A stretch of DNA of 18,326 nucleotides from Candidatus Xenobia bacterium (lineage in GTDB: Bacteria; Vulcanimicrobiota; Xenobia; Xenobiales; QWHO01): contig BTUM01000121.1 in assembly GCA_045863235.1 (NCBI GenBank), positions 1-18,326 on the forward strand, written 5' to 3'. Position 1 is the stretch's first letter, and every line of letters begins with the position of its first letter. A model generated the notes under the pieces. It was not told where the DNA came from. It did no database searches and worked only from the letters and a program-made list of their open reading frames with translations. The translations under genes were made by a program, and so were the position numbers. Below are positions 10,601 through 17,093 of this stretch, in pieces.

Positions 10601-12033
10601 ATGTCCGCCAGCTCTTCTCTCAGCGCCCCGGGCAAGAAGGCGTAGACGCCCGCAGTCTCCCCTGGCAGAGGCAGCACCTCCATCAGGTCGGCCCGGGCCG
10701 CCAGCCGGGCCAGGGCGGCCGGCACGTGGGAGAGCACCCACTGGTTCCAGGCCGAGTCGGGGTGGATCCGCTCACGGTCGACGGGCAGATCGAAGTGCCC
10801 GTGGATCACGAAGCGAAGGCCCGTGGGCTCGGCCGTGGGCAGATAGCTGTAGACCGTGGGCGCGCCGGATGGGGGAGGGACCGGCTTTCCCTGCCCGTCG
10901 AGATAGGCGCCCACCAGCAGTCGGGTGCGGTCGGGACGGCCCGCCTCGCGCTCGATCTCGTGGGTGACGTGGACGCTCTCGTCGAGCAAGAAAGCCTGCT
11001 CGCCCACCCGGTCGCCCTGGCGGCGGATGGCGTGGCCTTCGCCCAGGTCGATCTCTTTGAGGTTGGTCAGCGTCAAGAGCAATACCGGGTCGAGCTGGCT
11101 TCGAAGCAGGCCCGGCAGCTCGGGGAAGGGCTTTCGCAGGGGCAGCGTGAGGGTGGTTCCGGGGGTGCCCGGATGGGCGATGCGGCGAGGAATGGAGACG
11201 TCCACGATCTCGAAGGCGTAGACGTCGGAGACGATCTGGGGCCGCTCGGTGACCTCGTAGACCGACTTGAAGCCCACCCCGAAAAAGCCGATCTGGTTCT
11301 TGCGCTTGGTGGTCTGGCCGATCGAGGTGACCCCCACCAGGTCGCGCAGGTCGAAGGGCAGCCCGTCGTGCCAGACCTCGATACGGTCGCTCTCGAAGCG
11401 CACCCGGAAGGTGCTGGCCCGGGCGTCCTCGGCGTTCTGCAAGAGCTCGAACATGAAGTGCCCGGGCTGGGTGTAGACGCGGCGCGAGAGCAGCTCTTCG
11501 GCGTGGCTGAGCGAGACCGCCTTGGGCACGCTGGCCAGCTGCTCGATAGCCTGGTGGGCCAGCTCGGTGCGCCTTGGCTCGAGATGCGCGAGCTCCGGGA
11601 TAGCCCGCGAGGGCACCAGCGCCAGGGCCCGCTCGGGCGGGTCTTCCTGTCGGCACTGGCGTTCGATCTCCTCGAGGTAGTCCTCGTAGGCCTCCGGGTA
11701 GTGCTGCTTGAGCTGGCGGTCGAGGATGGCCAGCACCGCCAGCCGCTCGAGGGGAACACGTTGCAGGGCTTCCTGCAGCACTTCGCGGGGGGCGACAGTG
11801 CTCTTGAGCACCTTGAGGAGCGAGGTTTCCGGCCAGTGGATCAGCTCGCGTGCAAAGAGCTCGGGGTTGGCCTGCATCAACCCGGGCCGGCTCGACAACC
11901 AGGCCAGCGGCGTGGGGTCGGGCAGATCGGCGCACTGCGCGAGCAGCTCCGCCAGCGGCTCTCCCCGGTCCAGGGCTTGCTGCAGCGCTTGCTGCTGCTC
12001 GGCCAGGGGCAGGGTTTCGAAGTGCGGACTCAT
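4699..12033 (-). CDS. Giant sacsin/NOV-like GHKL ATPase protein with internal repeats and C-terminal transglutaminase-like domain
   Basis: 2444-aa uninterrupted ORF. GHKL motifs: ELLQNAEDA (E196/N200), WHDGLPF, IGFFGVGFKSV, GTTLTLPL. Sacsin-type second subdomain YSYLPT..TGLRFVIHGHFDLPVDRERI....WNQW. C-terminal GVCYELN...LLRHAGVPALVGTG...HLFAVAF...PLD matches the transglutaminase-like core (C2242, H2278, D2297). Confidence 0.9.
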   Translation of the reverse strand: MSPHFETLPLAEQQQALQQALDRGEPLAELLAQCADLPDPTPLAWLSSRPGLMQANPELFARELIHWPETSLLKVLKSTVAPREVLQEALQRVPLERLAVLAILDRQLKQHYPEAYEDYLEEIERQCRQEDPPERALALVPSRAIPELAHLEPRRTELAHQAIEQLASVPKAVSLSHAEELLSRRVYTQPGHFMFELLQNAEDARASTFRVRFESDRIEVWHDGLPFDLRDLVGVTSIGQTTKRKNQIGFFGVGFKSVYEVTERPQIVSDVYAFEIVDVSIPRRIAHPGTPGTTLTLPLRKPFPELPGLLRSQLDPVLLLTLTNLKEIDLGEGHAIRRQGDRVGEQAFLLDESVHVTHEIEREAGRPDRTRLLVGAYLDGQGKPVPPPSGAPTVYSYLPTAEPTGLRFVIHGHFDLPVDRERIHPDSAWNQWVLSHVPAALARLAARADLMEVLPLPGETAGVYAFLPGALREELADIPCLDGKRPAELWLTSPEIADLALDPAHRSLEGRRREVAEKTLGVPLFGIEELLASMPPPWQEDPRWDKLFALLAGRDVSRVRLLPGGRCPAEVCLGSSELRRLYPPERFAPAWLDGHRFLEEQGARRLTAADLVQDLEQGMPVADPDLALQVLSEAAPEVRLRACRLPLFPCQDDQRHPLALLSDDWTGAVVPGHEALAAHYRGKRPLLDRPMPAWRPVSLDFGVLVSDLNAGRLDEIPHELLEQGWQEVSERALRELARMPLWRDRQGKLGSLAEVRRATHPELAELLPRHRMLHPDLTDYEHVRALTPEPVGVDELVSRLDLPEALEFLLEHSDELTTAAVNRLLGWGRMADHQGQVRPLSELCLADEPLRKLYRGPLQRPFLDEASPGARLLVKLGQLERVPRLKPGDLLLDLVGHKLEREHALEVLDWLDPRQLSAAEAAHCQELSLFYDRSGKPGTLAEVQLFEERWQPLFEGQLRLLHPDFESGARKVLQEARGTREALEVYRRNPPETLLRPEKLLLFLELFAVDPLPGGDFESLRVWPTRNGGRTSAREALIEEGVLELFPDRKHLEDRLLLPRAAELLPRLARPLDAREVVREEVFSRARPGQVLSEQPAFLNSPERVMRVASYLGPGPGVPLVDGTGCLRIERLTYCDPEAMELLPWAARRQVTPLDLREQLGLAVLPVEQVLSGLAQVPPREWLSDADRRQRFYRLLLQREGEVFSSGPARQLLTEHPFWRTEKGSLLAADQLVLEDRLPDLGVDWRAHEEIPAELRAVLKRQLGVGLPPLDELVGVHVLPAYRKAASTGLKERAQQLFEFLQETLKDRSQAEVRRLLGNDFPLEDRRGRYRPAHEVVRSDSELEEALGQVFETGDYLLATHYEPDLVRHLELAEIPPLSVLMAVFSRPRRSETARGLARLVSVMVRRHGPSWLDKVSNFKHDPWLPDGLGAPRRPFELYLPDAEVEALIGDHPRHYPDRALAALLGEELMGLLGLRTAVELEAVLANLDQQRAVSFRVYQWLEARLVQGQVGPEELRRRLANKRWVYTDDGQWYAPNRVLGTHAFALFGERRGYWERGYANCPELCRAFSIPGEISPQVVREFLQEVADGPRDQLRKERPLARMLLACYRRLSNLGPNPVDPALAVILAEQRPGGERVLLSARHPGLFCSDTPTLERLFEKAGKLYVAWTGPVEGREEVEAFHAAMGLPSLRDGFTVELGAGGQDVTEQCPTGIARLRTALRSLVGVLERVRRQRTQLSPDHWVDQQRLRPVAQSGRIRAIAGLKVTYRLKGVGSVPVQARGAYHPDARELLVDASLAERPEAPLTGLAQGLLPCVYQGPGEEQLVDILEILLPLVSREAMDAYLDQRHFPRGEDEPVDRVSERISEVLDFGLERRLAARFPELDPARWQELPPGLTVDQAVERLLAGVEAPSKELRQALTDVLSAPSLDSIKAPPAPVETPPPPVPIMVARQTSPPAQEPGEPTLWNRLVGWFSELTTPSDEQPPVGEQELVRLASQLPAWATGGNPFAPMTGIGTQLWGTRARLAELAARVPPVGLDYQPPGVPRPYVFALHCLAGSFDPGSQRWLPADPTYLAGLAEGEPTGRTISFSGKLEAGVNRLPLPFFTRVVPFAGAERAAGYELRVRLRTSGAFRYQVEVLDPPRLTGGAPEAPPAWLRPTLPVAELPGEAREWLESVRKLTPWERALAAEEMVQQHYVYDRDYLEHPEARQRLASLLPGQGNHHLAVLHGRRAPGKLGHGVCYELNIMLVELLRHAGVPALVGTGWALDLGRVDRPDHLFAVAFLESTRGPVLMPLDGIMSATGGPLRPHAEAPPVSVPGPSLPRPGGAWGGAASVRPVERSVREVEQALGEQELACHLEAVRLVLRDPGYKLPDGLPPQEALHRLREALHKGLDSAELARTLVRLVGGEYTQLQRLTPALEELVRRGLAQVQQVPLLRVVPKR

Positions 12034-12148
12034 CGCTTCCCCGCCTGGAGCTTCTCCACCGAGCCGCGCGAGACTCGCGAACGGCCCTCGCGAGACGGAC
12101 CGCGCGCAAATTTCGCGACGACAGGAGCGGTCGACAATTCGGGGCGGC

Positions 12149-13120
12149 TCACTGCTTGAGGCGATTGGTGGCCAGCAGGGCCCAGTAGCTCTCGGGGTCG
12201 GTGCCGATGGCGGCCAGGTAGAAATCGCGCGCTGCCGGCCGGTCGCCCAGCCCGGCGGCCAGATCGCCCGCCAGCAGACTCGCCTCTCCCGCCGGGTAGC
12301 CGCTGTCGAGGCAGCGCTGGAACTCGACCAGGGCCCGGCGAGGCTCGCTCCGGGCGTGCCACAGGTAGGCGGTGGCCATGGGGCGGAGGAAACGACAGCG
12401 GGGAGACTCGTAGGGGAAGGGGCGAGCGAGGATCTCCTCGGCCTCCTCCAGCACGTTGCAACGCGCCAGCAGAGAGGCCCGGTTGAGCTCGACGTCGGCC
12501 TGGTAGATCGGGGGCAGCTCGCGGAACTGCCCGCGCGAGAGCGAGTCGAGCGCGCTCTCGACCTGGTTGGCCTGCACTGCCTGGCGGGCCAGGGCCAGGT
12601 GCAGGGCGGTGGCCACCACCACCTGGCGCGACTTGCGTCGACCGGCCTCTTCCAGGGCCCGGGCCGCTTCCTCGAAGCGGCCCAGGTCGAACAGGCAGGC
12701 GGCCCGGTTGATGAAGAGCAGCATCTCGCAGTCTTCCGCCCCGGCTGCCTGGGAGGGGACGCCGCGCCACTCGGTCACCTCCAGCCCCCGCTGGTAGCGC
12801 CCCCGGTAGTAGAGCGAGGCGGCATAGCATGACTGCAGCAGGGGAGCAAAGGGCCCTGCCTTGTCCAGCTTGGGACAGACTCGCTCCCACTCGCGATCCA
12901 CCTCGTTGTAGCGGGCCGAGCAGTGCAGCGCGGCCATCAGGTTTCCGCGCAAGATGATGCGCAATTTGGGATTGAGCGTCAGCTGGGTGGCCAGCCGGAA
13001 CCAGTGGGCGGCCGATTCGGGCTTGCCGGCGTGGTGCAGCGACAGACCCACCTGCTGCACGCCCAGGAGACTGGTGAGATAGCTGGCCCCCACGAAGAGG
13101 CCCATGAGGAACGGATCCAC
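12149..13120 (-). CDS. Tetratricopeptide repeat protein with hydrophobic N-terminus
   Basis: GTG start preceded by SD AAGGAG. TPR-like helices include LLFINRAACLFDLGRFEEAARALEEA, YAASLYYRGRYQRGL and ASLLAGDLAAGLGDRPAARDFYLAAIGTDPES. Confidence 0.85.
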   Translation of the reverse strand: MDPFLMGLFVGASYLTSLLGVQQVGLSLHHAGKPESAAHWFRLATQLTLNPKLRIILRGNLMAALHCSARYNEVDREWERVCPKLDKAGPFAPLLQSCYAASLYYRGRYQRGLEVTEWRGVPSQAAGAEDCEMLLFINRAACLFDLGRFEEAARALEEAGRRKSRQVVVATALHLALARQAVQANQVESALDSLSRGQFRELPPIYQADVELNRASLLARCNVLEEAEEILARPFPYESPRCRFLRPMATAYLWHARSEPRRALVEFQRCLDSGYPAGEASLLAGDLAAGLGDRPAARDFYLAAIGTDPESYWALLATNRLKQ

Positions 13121-13178
13121 TGAACTCCTTGCCCTTGACTGATTCGCAGCCCCTGCTCTGGCAGGTTCCGCGACCAGA

Positions 13179-14045
13179 TCAGGTTTCGATGGATTCTGGG
13201 CTGCTCGGCTGGAACCCTACCATCTTGCGGATGTAGACGTCGCTCTGGCGGTTGGGGAACTCGATCTTGTGGGCGCGGAAGCTCTTTAGGATGCGCAGGT
13301 TGAGCCGGCTCATCAGCGTCTCGGGGCTGCGCACGTCGGCCTGGTTGAAGACCCGCAGCTCGAAGACCAGCCCGTCGGTGCCGAACTCGTGCAACAGCAC
13401 CTTGGGGTCGGGCTCCCTGAGCACTTTGTCGTCCTCCGCGGCCGCCTGCAGCAGCAGCCGCTCGACCAGCGTCTCGTCCGAGTCGTAGCCAACCGAGATG
13501 AAGACCGAGAACCGGACGGTGGGATCTTTCAGCGTCCAGTTGATCACCCGGTTGGTGACCAGCTTGTTGTTGGGGATTACGTGTGCCTTGAGGTCGTTGG
13601 TCACAAGCGTGGTGGCGCGATAGCCGATGTTGGTGACGTTGCCCACCACCCCATCCACTTCCAGGCGGTCGCCCACTTTGAGCGTGCGCTCGAACAAGAG
13701 CAGCAGTCCCGAGAAGAAGTCGGTGACCAGGAAGTTCAGCCCGAAGCCCACTCCCACGCCCAGCGCCCCGGCGAAGAAGTGCAGGGCGGTGAAGTTGATG
13801 CCGGCCTCCTCGAAGACCGCCAGCATGCCGACCACGATCAGGAGGTAGCGCGTGATGGTGCCGATGGCGTGGCCGGTGCCCTCGTCGAGCCTGGTGCGAC
13901 GCAAGATGCGGGCCACCACCAGCCGGGTGATGAGGTCCGAGATGACGAGCACCACCAGAAACCCCACCGGCAGGTAGAGCAGCATCTCAGGCGTGACCGC
14001 GAGCTGGCCCAGGTGGAAGATCGGCTGTTTGAGCCAGTGTGACAT
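13179..14045 (-). CDS. mscS: Small-conductance mechanosensitive channel (MscS family)
   Basis: TM helices, then GALGVGVGFGL..LVTDFFSGLLLLFERTLKVGDRLEV, GNVTNIGYRAT, IPNNKL...VINWT, ISVGYDSD and FRAHKIEFP, the typical MscS pore and cytoplasmic motifs. Confidence 0.95.
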   Translation of the reverse strand: MSHWLKQPIFHLGQLAVTPEMLLYLPVGFLVVLVISDLITRLVVARILRRTRLDEGTGHAIGTITRYLLIVVGMLAVFEEAGINFTALHFFAGALGVGVGFGLNFLVTDFFSGLLLLFERTLKVGDRLEVDGVVGNVTNIGYRATTLVTNDLKAHVIPNNKLVTNRVINWTLKDPTVRFSVFISVGYDSDETLVERLLLQAAAEDDKVLREPDPKVLLHEFGTDGLVFELRVFNQADVRSPETLMSRLNLRILKSFRAHKIEFPNRQSDVYIRKMVGFQPSSPESIET

Positions 14046-14109
14046 CCGCCCCTGTTTGCGCCCGGCGGTCTGTTTCCCTGGAGAGCCCCAAGTTGCGCAC
14101 GCGGGCCCC

Positions 14110-14450
14110 GAAGCGCTGTGCGAACTGTTGCTCTGCGCACAACATTCAGAGCGCCGTGGGGGCGAGCCGTTGCCCTGGGGTCGCTTTGCGCATACTGGTC
14201 AGTCGCGTTGGGGGGCGCTTGGTACTCTGGGTTCGCGTGGCCCACTCCGGTCAGAGGGATCTGCGCCGGGCCGGTTCGGGCGGGGCGAGCCGTTGCTCTG
14301 GGGCCGCTTTGCGCATACTGGGTCAGTCGCGCTGGGGGGCGCTTTGTACTCTGGGTTCGCGTGGCGAGCCGTTGCTCTGGGGCCGCTTTGCGCATACTAT
14401 CGCGCGGGGGGGTCTCGTGGCCCACTCCGGTGGACCTGCGCGGGGCGAAC
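14110..14450 (+). repeat. Modular intergenic repeat element (family 1, copy L)
   Basis: 36-nt module ggcgagccgttgctctggggccgctttgcgcatact at 14161-14196 (2 mismatches), 14284-14319 and 14363-14398. Intervening modules also recur (ggtcagtcgcg...tactctgggttcgcgtgg twice; cgtggcccactccggt twice). Confidence 0.9.
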
Positions 14451-14507
14451 TGCCGCGCGCCTTCCGAGGGAACGGCGGGCGAAATCCCGACGAACCGCAA
14501 CCCGGCA

Positions 14508-14516
14508 TGCTATACT
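14508..14516 (+). promoter_or_regulatory. Extended -10 promoter (TGcTATACT), probably giving a leaderless EamA mRNA
   Basis: TG at 14508-14509 and TATACT at 14511-14516, then 7 nt to the ATG at 14524, with no SD sequence upstream. Confidence 0.7.
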
Positions 14517-14523
14517 CCCCCGC

Positions 14524-15363
14524 ATGCCTCCCGTTCTGGCTCTGGTGCTGGGCGTGGCCGCCGTCTCGGGGGCGGCCATTCTGATCAAGCTGTCGGCGCT
14601 CAACCCCCTCACCCTGGCCAGCTGGCGTCTGGGTCTGGCGGCGCTGGCGCTGCTGTTGGTGCGCCGCCGCCTGCGCATCGACCGCTGGGCCGCGCTGGCG
14701 GGCATCTTCCTGGGCCTCCACTTCGCCACCTGGATCGCCTCGCTGCGCTACACCACCGTGGCGAGCTCAGTGGTTCTGGTCACCACCAACCCCATCTTCG
14801 TGGCCCTGGGAGCCGCCTTCTGGCTCAAGGAGCGGGTGACGCCCCGGCTCTGGCTGGGCATCCTCCTGTCGGTGCTGGGCGGCCTGGTCATCGCCCTCTC
14901 CGATCATGGCGGCCAGGCCACCAACCCCCTGCTCGGAGACCTCCTGGCGCTGGCCGGAGCCATCGCTGGCTCGGCCTACCTGCTGGTCGGGCGCTCGGTG
15001 CGCCAGCGCAGCGAGTTCTGGAACTACGTCTCTGCCGTCTATACCGTGGCCGCCCTGACCCTGGTGGCCCTCAGCCTGGCTCTGGGCGCTCCCCTGCGGG
15101 GGCCCTTTCCGCCCCGCGAGTGGGGACTCATCCTGTCGCTGGCGGTGGTGCCCCAGCTCATCGGCCACACCCTGCTCAACTACGCCCTGCGCCGGGTGTC
15201 GGCTGCCCTGGTGGCGGTCTCCATCCTGGGCGAGCCGGTGGGAGCCTGCCTGCTGGCCTGGCTCATCCTGGACGAAGGTGTGGGCTGGTCCCAGGCCGTG
15301 GGCGGGGCCTGCGTGCTGGCCGGAGTGCTGCTGGCCGGCAGCGCGCGCTCGGAGAGCAAGTAG
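14524..15363 (+). CDS. EamA/DMT family transporter
   Basis: About ten hydrophobic helices in two homologous halves, with motifs LASWRLGLA, HFATWIASLRYTTVASSVVL...PIFVAL...LKER, GDLLALAGA...Y, GHTLLNYALR and ILGEPVGA. The start is set at ATG 14524 because the track's 13993 extension runs through repeats and overlaps mscS. Confidence 0.93.
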   Translation: MPPVLALVLGVAAVSGAAILIKLSALNPLTLASWRLGLAALALLLVRRRLRIDRWAALAGIFLGLHFATWIASLRYTTVASSVVLVTTNPIFVALGAAFWLKERVTPRLWLGILLSVLGGLVIALSDHGGQATNPLLGDLLALAGAIAGSAYLLVGRSVRQRSEFWNYVSAVYTVAALTLVALSLALGAPLRGPFPPREWGLILSLAVVPQLIGHTLLNYALRRVSAALVAVSILGEPVGACLLAWLILDEGVGWSQAVGGACVLAGVLLAGSARSESK

Positions 15364-15392
15364 GCCTGGTGCGCAAGAAGCGTTGCGAACTC

Positions 15393-16103
15393 TTAGATCG
15401 AAGTGTCGCTGGCGGGCATCACGTCCTGAGCCAGACGGGTTCGATACAGCGTGCCCAGCGTGTGCGAACTGACCAGCATCAGGTAGAAGCTGACTCCCAG
15501 AAGCGCGATCTGGGGCAGGAAGGGGATGAAGGAGAGCATCCCCAGCACCATCCCGGCCAGGAAGTAGATCCCGGCCAGCACCAGCAACATCACCAGGTAC
15601 TCGGGGAAGATGCGCATGATGTCGCGCATCACAGCCCCCACGTCGAAGGCGGCGCCGAAGCTGCGATGGACGGCCACCCGCAGGCCCATCATCGGGAACA
15701 AGAAGCAGGCCACCATCATGAAGAGCACCCCTGCCCCGCCAACCACCAGGCCGATGCCCGCCCCGGCCGCGAAGTGGCCGGCCGACTCGTGCGCCCCTCC
15801 GGCCACGATGCCCCAGAGCACCGAGCCGAAGGCAAAGAGAATCATCGAAGTGGGGATCAAGAAGACCACCAGGGAGACCAGCATCAAGATCAGCCCCTGG
15901 AAGAGCAGCTCGCTCCAGTTGTCCCACTCGGGCAGCTTCTGCTCCCCTTCGGCGGCGCTGCGCATGACCTTGATGGAATAGCCGGCGTTCAGGATCGATC
16001 CGATGAGGGCCACGCTCAGGAGCTGAAACAAGGTCCCGATACCGACCTTGGCGGGCCAGTTGGCGTCCTTGACCGGGTAGTTGAGGCTGTCCATCACTTG
16101 CAT
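15393..16103 (-). CDS. DUF4013-like membrane protein
   Basis: YP..D..W..K..IG...GY...VMR......LPEWDNWSELLFQGL motif followed by several TM helices and SFGAAFD. SD GGAGGT lies within the end of lgt, whose stop is 3 nt upstream. Confidence 0.8.
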   Translation of the reverse strand: MQVMDSLNYPVKDANWPAKVGIGTLFQLLSVALIGSILNAGYSIKVMRSAAEGEQKLPEWDNWSELLFQGLILMLVSLVVFLIPTSMILFAFGSVLWGIVAGGAHESAGHFAAGAGIGLVVGGAGVLFMMVACFLFPMMGLRVAVHRSFGAAFDVGAVMRDIMRIFPEYLVMLLVLAGIYFLAGMVLGMLSFIPFLPQIALLGVSFYLMLVSSHTLGTLYRTRLAQDVMPASDTSI

Positions 16104-16106
16104 GGC

Positions 16107-16901
16107 TCAGGACCTCCCTTTCTTCTTCTTGGGAACAATTCGGGGCGGCTCGTCCCCTCCCTCCGGCTTGTAGCGCGGCGGGCCCTTGTACAGGAGCAGA
16201 GCCAGGATGGCCACGGTGAAGATGCTCACCGAGCCCCACTGCTCGCGGGTCAGCGGACCCCACATGGGAGTCTCCCGAAAGAACTCGGCCGTAAAGCGGA
16301 TGAAAGCGTAGGTCGCCAGCATCGCGCAGACCGTCTGGCCCTGGCGGGCGGAGCGGAAGAACACCAGCAGCACCAGCGGCCAGAACACAAGGTCGAGCCC
16401 CGCCTCGAACATCTGCACCGGGTAGCGAGCCACGGTCGTGCCGGGATAAGTGATGCCCCAGGCCGACTCGGTGATCTTGCCCACGCAGCAACCCTGGAGC
16501 AGGCATCCCACCCGTCCCAGGGCCATGGGAGGCAGCAGGATGGCCAGGGCCATGTCCAGGCCCTCGAGCAGGGGATAGCCGCTCTTGCGAAAACGCAAGA
16601 TGTTGCCCAGCATCCCTCCGAAGATGGCCCCGTGGATGGCAAAGCCCCCTTCGCGCAGATTGAGGATCCAGAAGGGATTCTCCTCGAAGCGGTGCAGCCC
16701 GTGCAGGGCCGAGTCGATGCGGGCTCCCAGAATGCCCCCGACCAGCATCCAGAGACTGACATCGGCCAGAAAGTCCGGATGGTAGCCGCGCCGCACTCCT
16801 ACCCAGTGAAAGAGGGCCACGCCCAGGGCCATGGCTGCCGAGAGGGTGATGCCATACCAGTGAATCTGAAGACTTCCGATGGAAAAGGCTATAGGGTGCA
16901 C
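16107..16901 (-). CDS. lgt: Prolipoprotein diacylglyceryl transferase (Lgt family)
   Basis: HPIAFSIGSLQIHWYG N-terminus, GILGARI, GGFAIHGAIFGG, GRVGCLLQGCC.G, WGITYP, YPVQMFE, YAFIRFTAEFFR. GTG start. Confidence 0.9.
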   Translation of the reverse strand: MHPIAFSIGSLQIHWYGITLSAAMALGVALFHWVGVRRGYHPDFLADVSLWMLVGGILGARIDSALHGLHRFEENPFWILNLREGGFAIHGAIFGGMLGNILRFRKSGYPLLEGLDMALAILLPPMALGRVGCLLQGCCVGKITESAWGITYPGTTVARYPVQMFEAGLDLVFWPLVLLVFFRSARQGQTVCAMLATYAFIRFTAEFFRETPMWGPLTREQWGSVSIFTVAILALLLYKGPPRYKPEGGDEPPRIVPKKKKGRS

Positions 16902-17014
16902 GGTCGGAGAGGGATTCCCCTCCTGGTAGCTTGTTCCTCCGAAAATGGTTCAAATATTCTGCAGGGTTTGGAGAAAGTTTGAAGTATCTTCTTCTTCGGT
17001 CCGATCTCGGAGAC

Positions 17015-17043
17015 TTGCAGGGATGTCGGGTTTGTGGCAAAAT
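17015..17043 (+). promoter_or_regulatory. Putative sigma70-type promoter for the small lipoprotein gene
   Basis: TTGCAG (17015-17020), 17-nt spacer containing TG at 17035-17036, CAAAAT (17038-17043), in an AT-richer divergent intergenic region. SD AAGGAG precedes the ATG at 17094. Confidence 0.55.
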
Positions 17044-17093
17044 ACCCCGGGCCTAGCGCCTGCAAAAATATTCTTGTAAGGTAGAAGGAGAAC

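Noticed and set aside
5872..12159. Long plus-strand ORFs (713 aa, 1375 aa) and alternative-frame Arg/Pro/Gly-rich ORFs
   Set aside because: They are antisense or off-frame shadows of the 2444-aa CDS and have no recognisable motifs.
14161..14398. CRISPR array (three 36-nt direct repeats)
   Set aside because: The intervening sequences are 87 and 43 nt and homologous to each other, the same modules recur at 17505-17750, and no cas genes are present.
13993..14523. 177-aa N-terminal extension of the EamA ORF
   Set aside because: It overlaps mscS, translates the repeat element, and lies upstream of a good promoter adjacent to ATG 14524.
14118..17040. 954-aa (+) and 757-aa (-) ORFs
   Set aside because: They overlap the well-supported EamA, DUF4013 and lgt genes in other frames, and their composition is typical of GC-rich non-coding frames.
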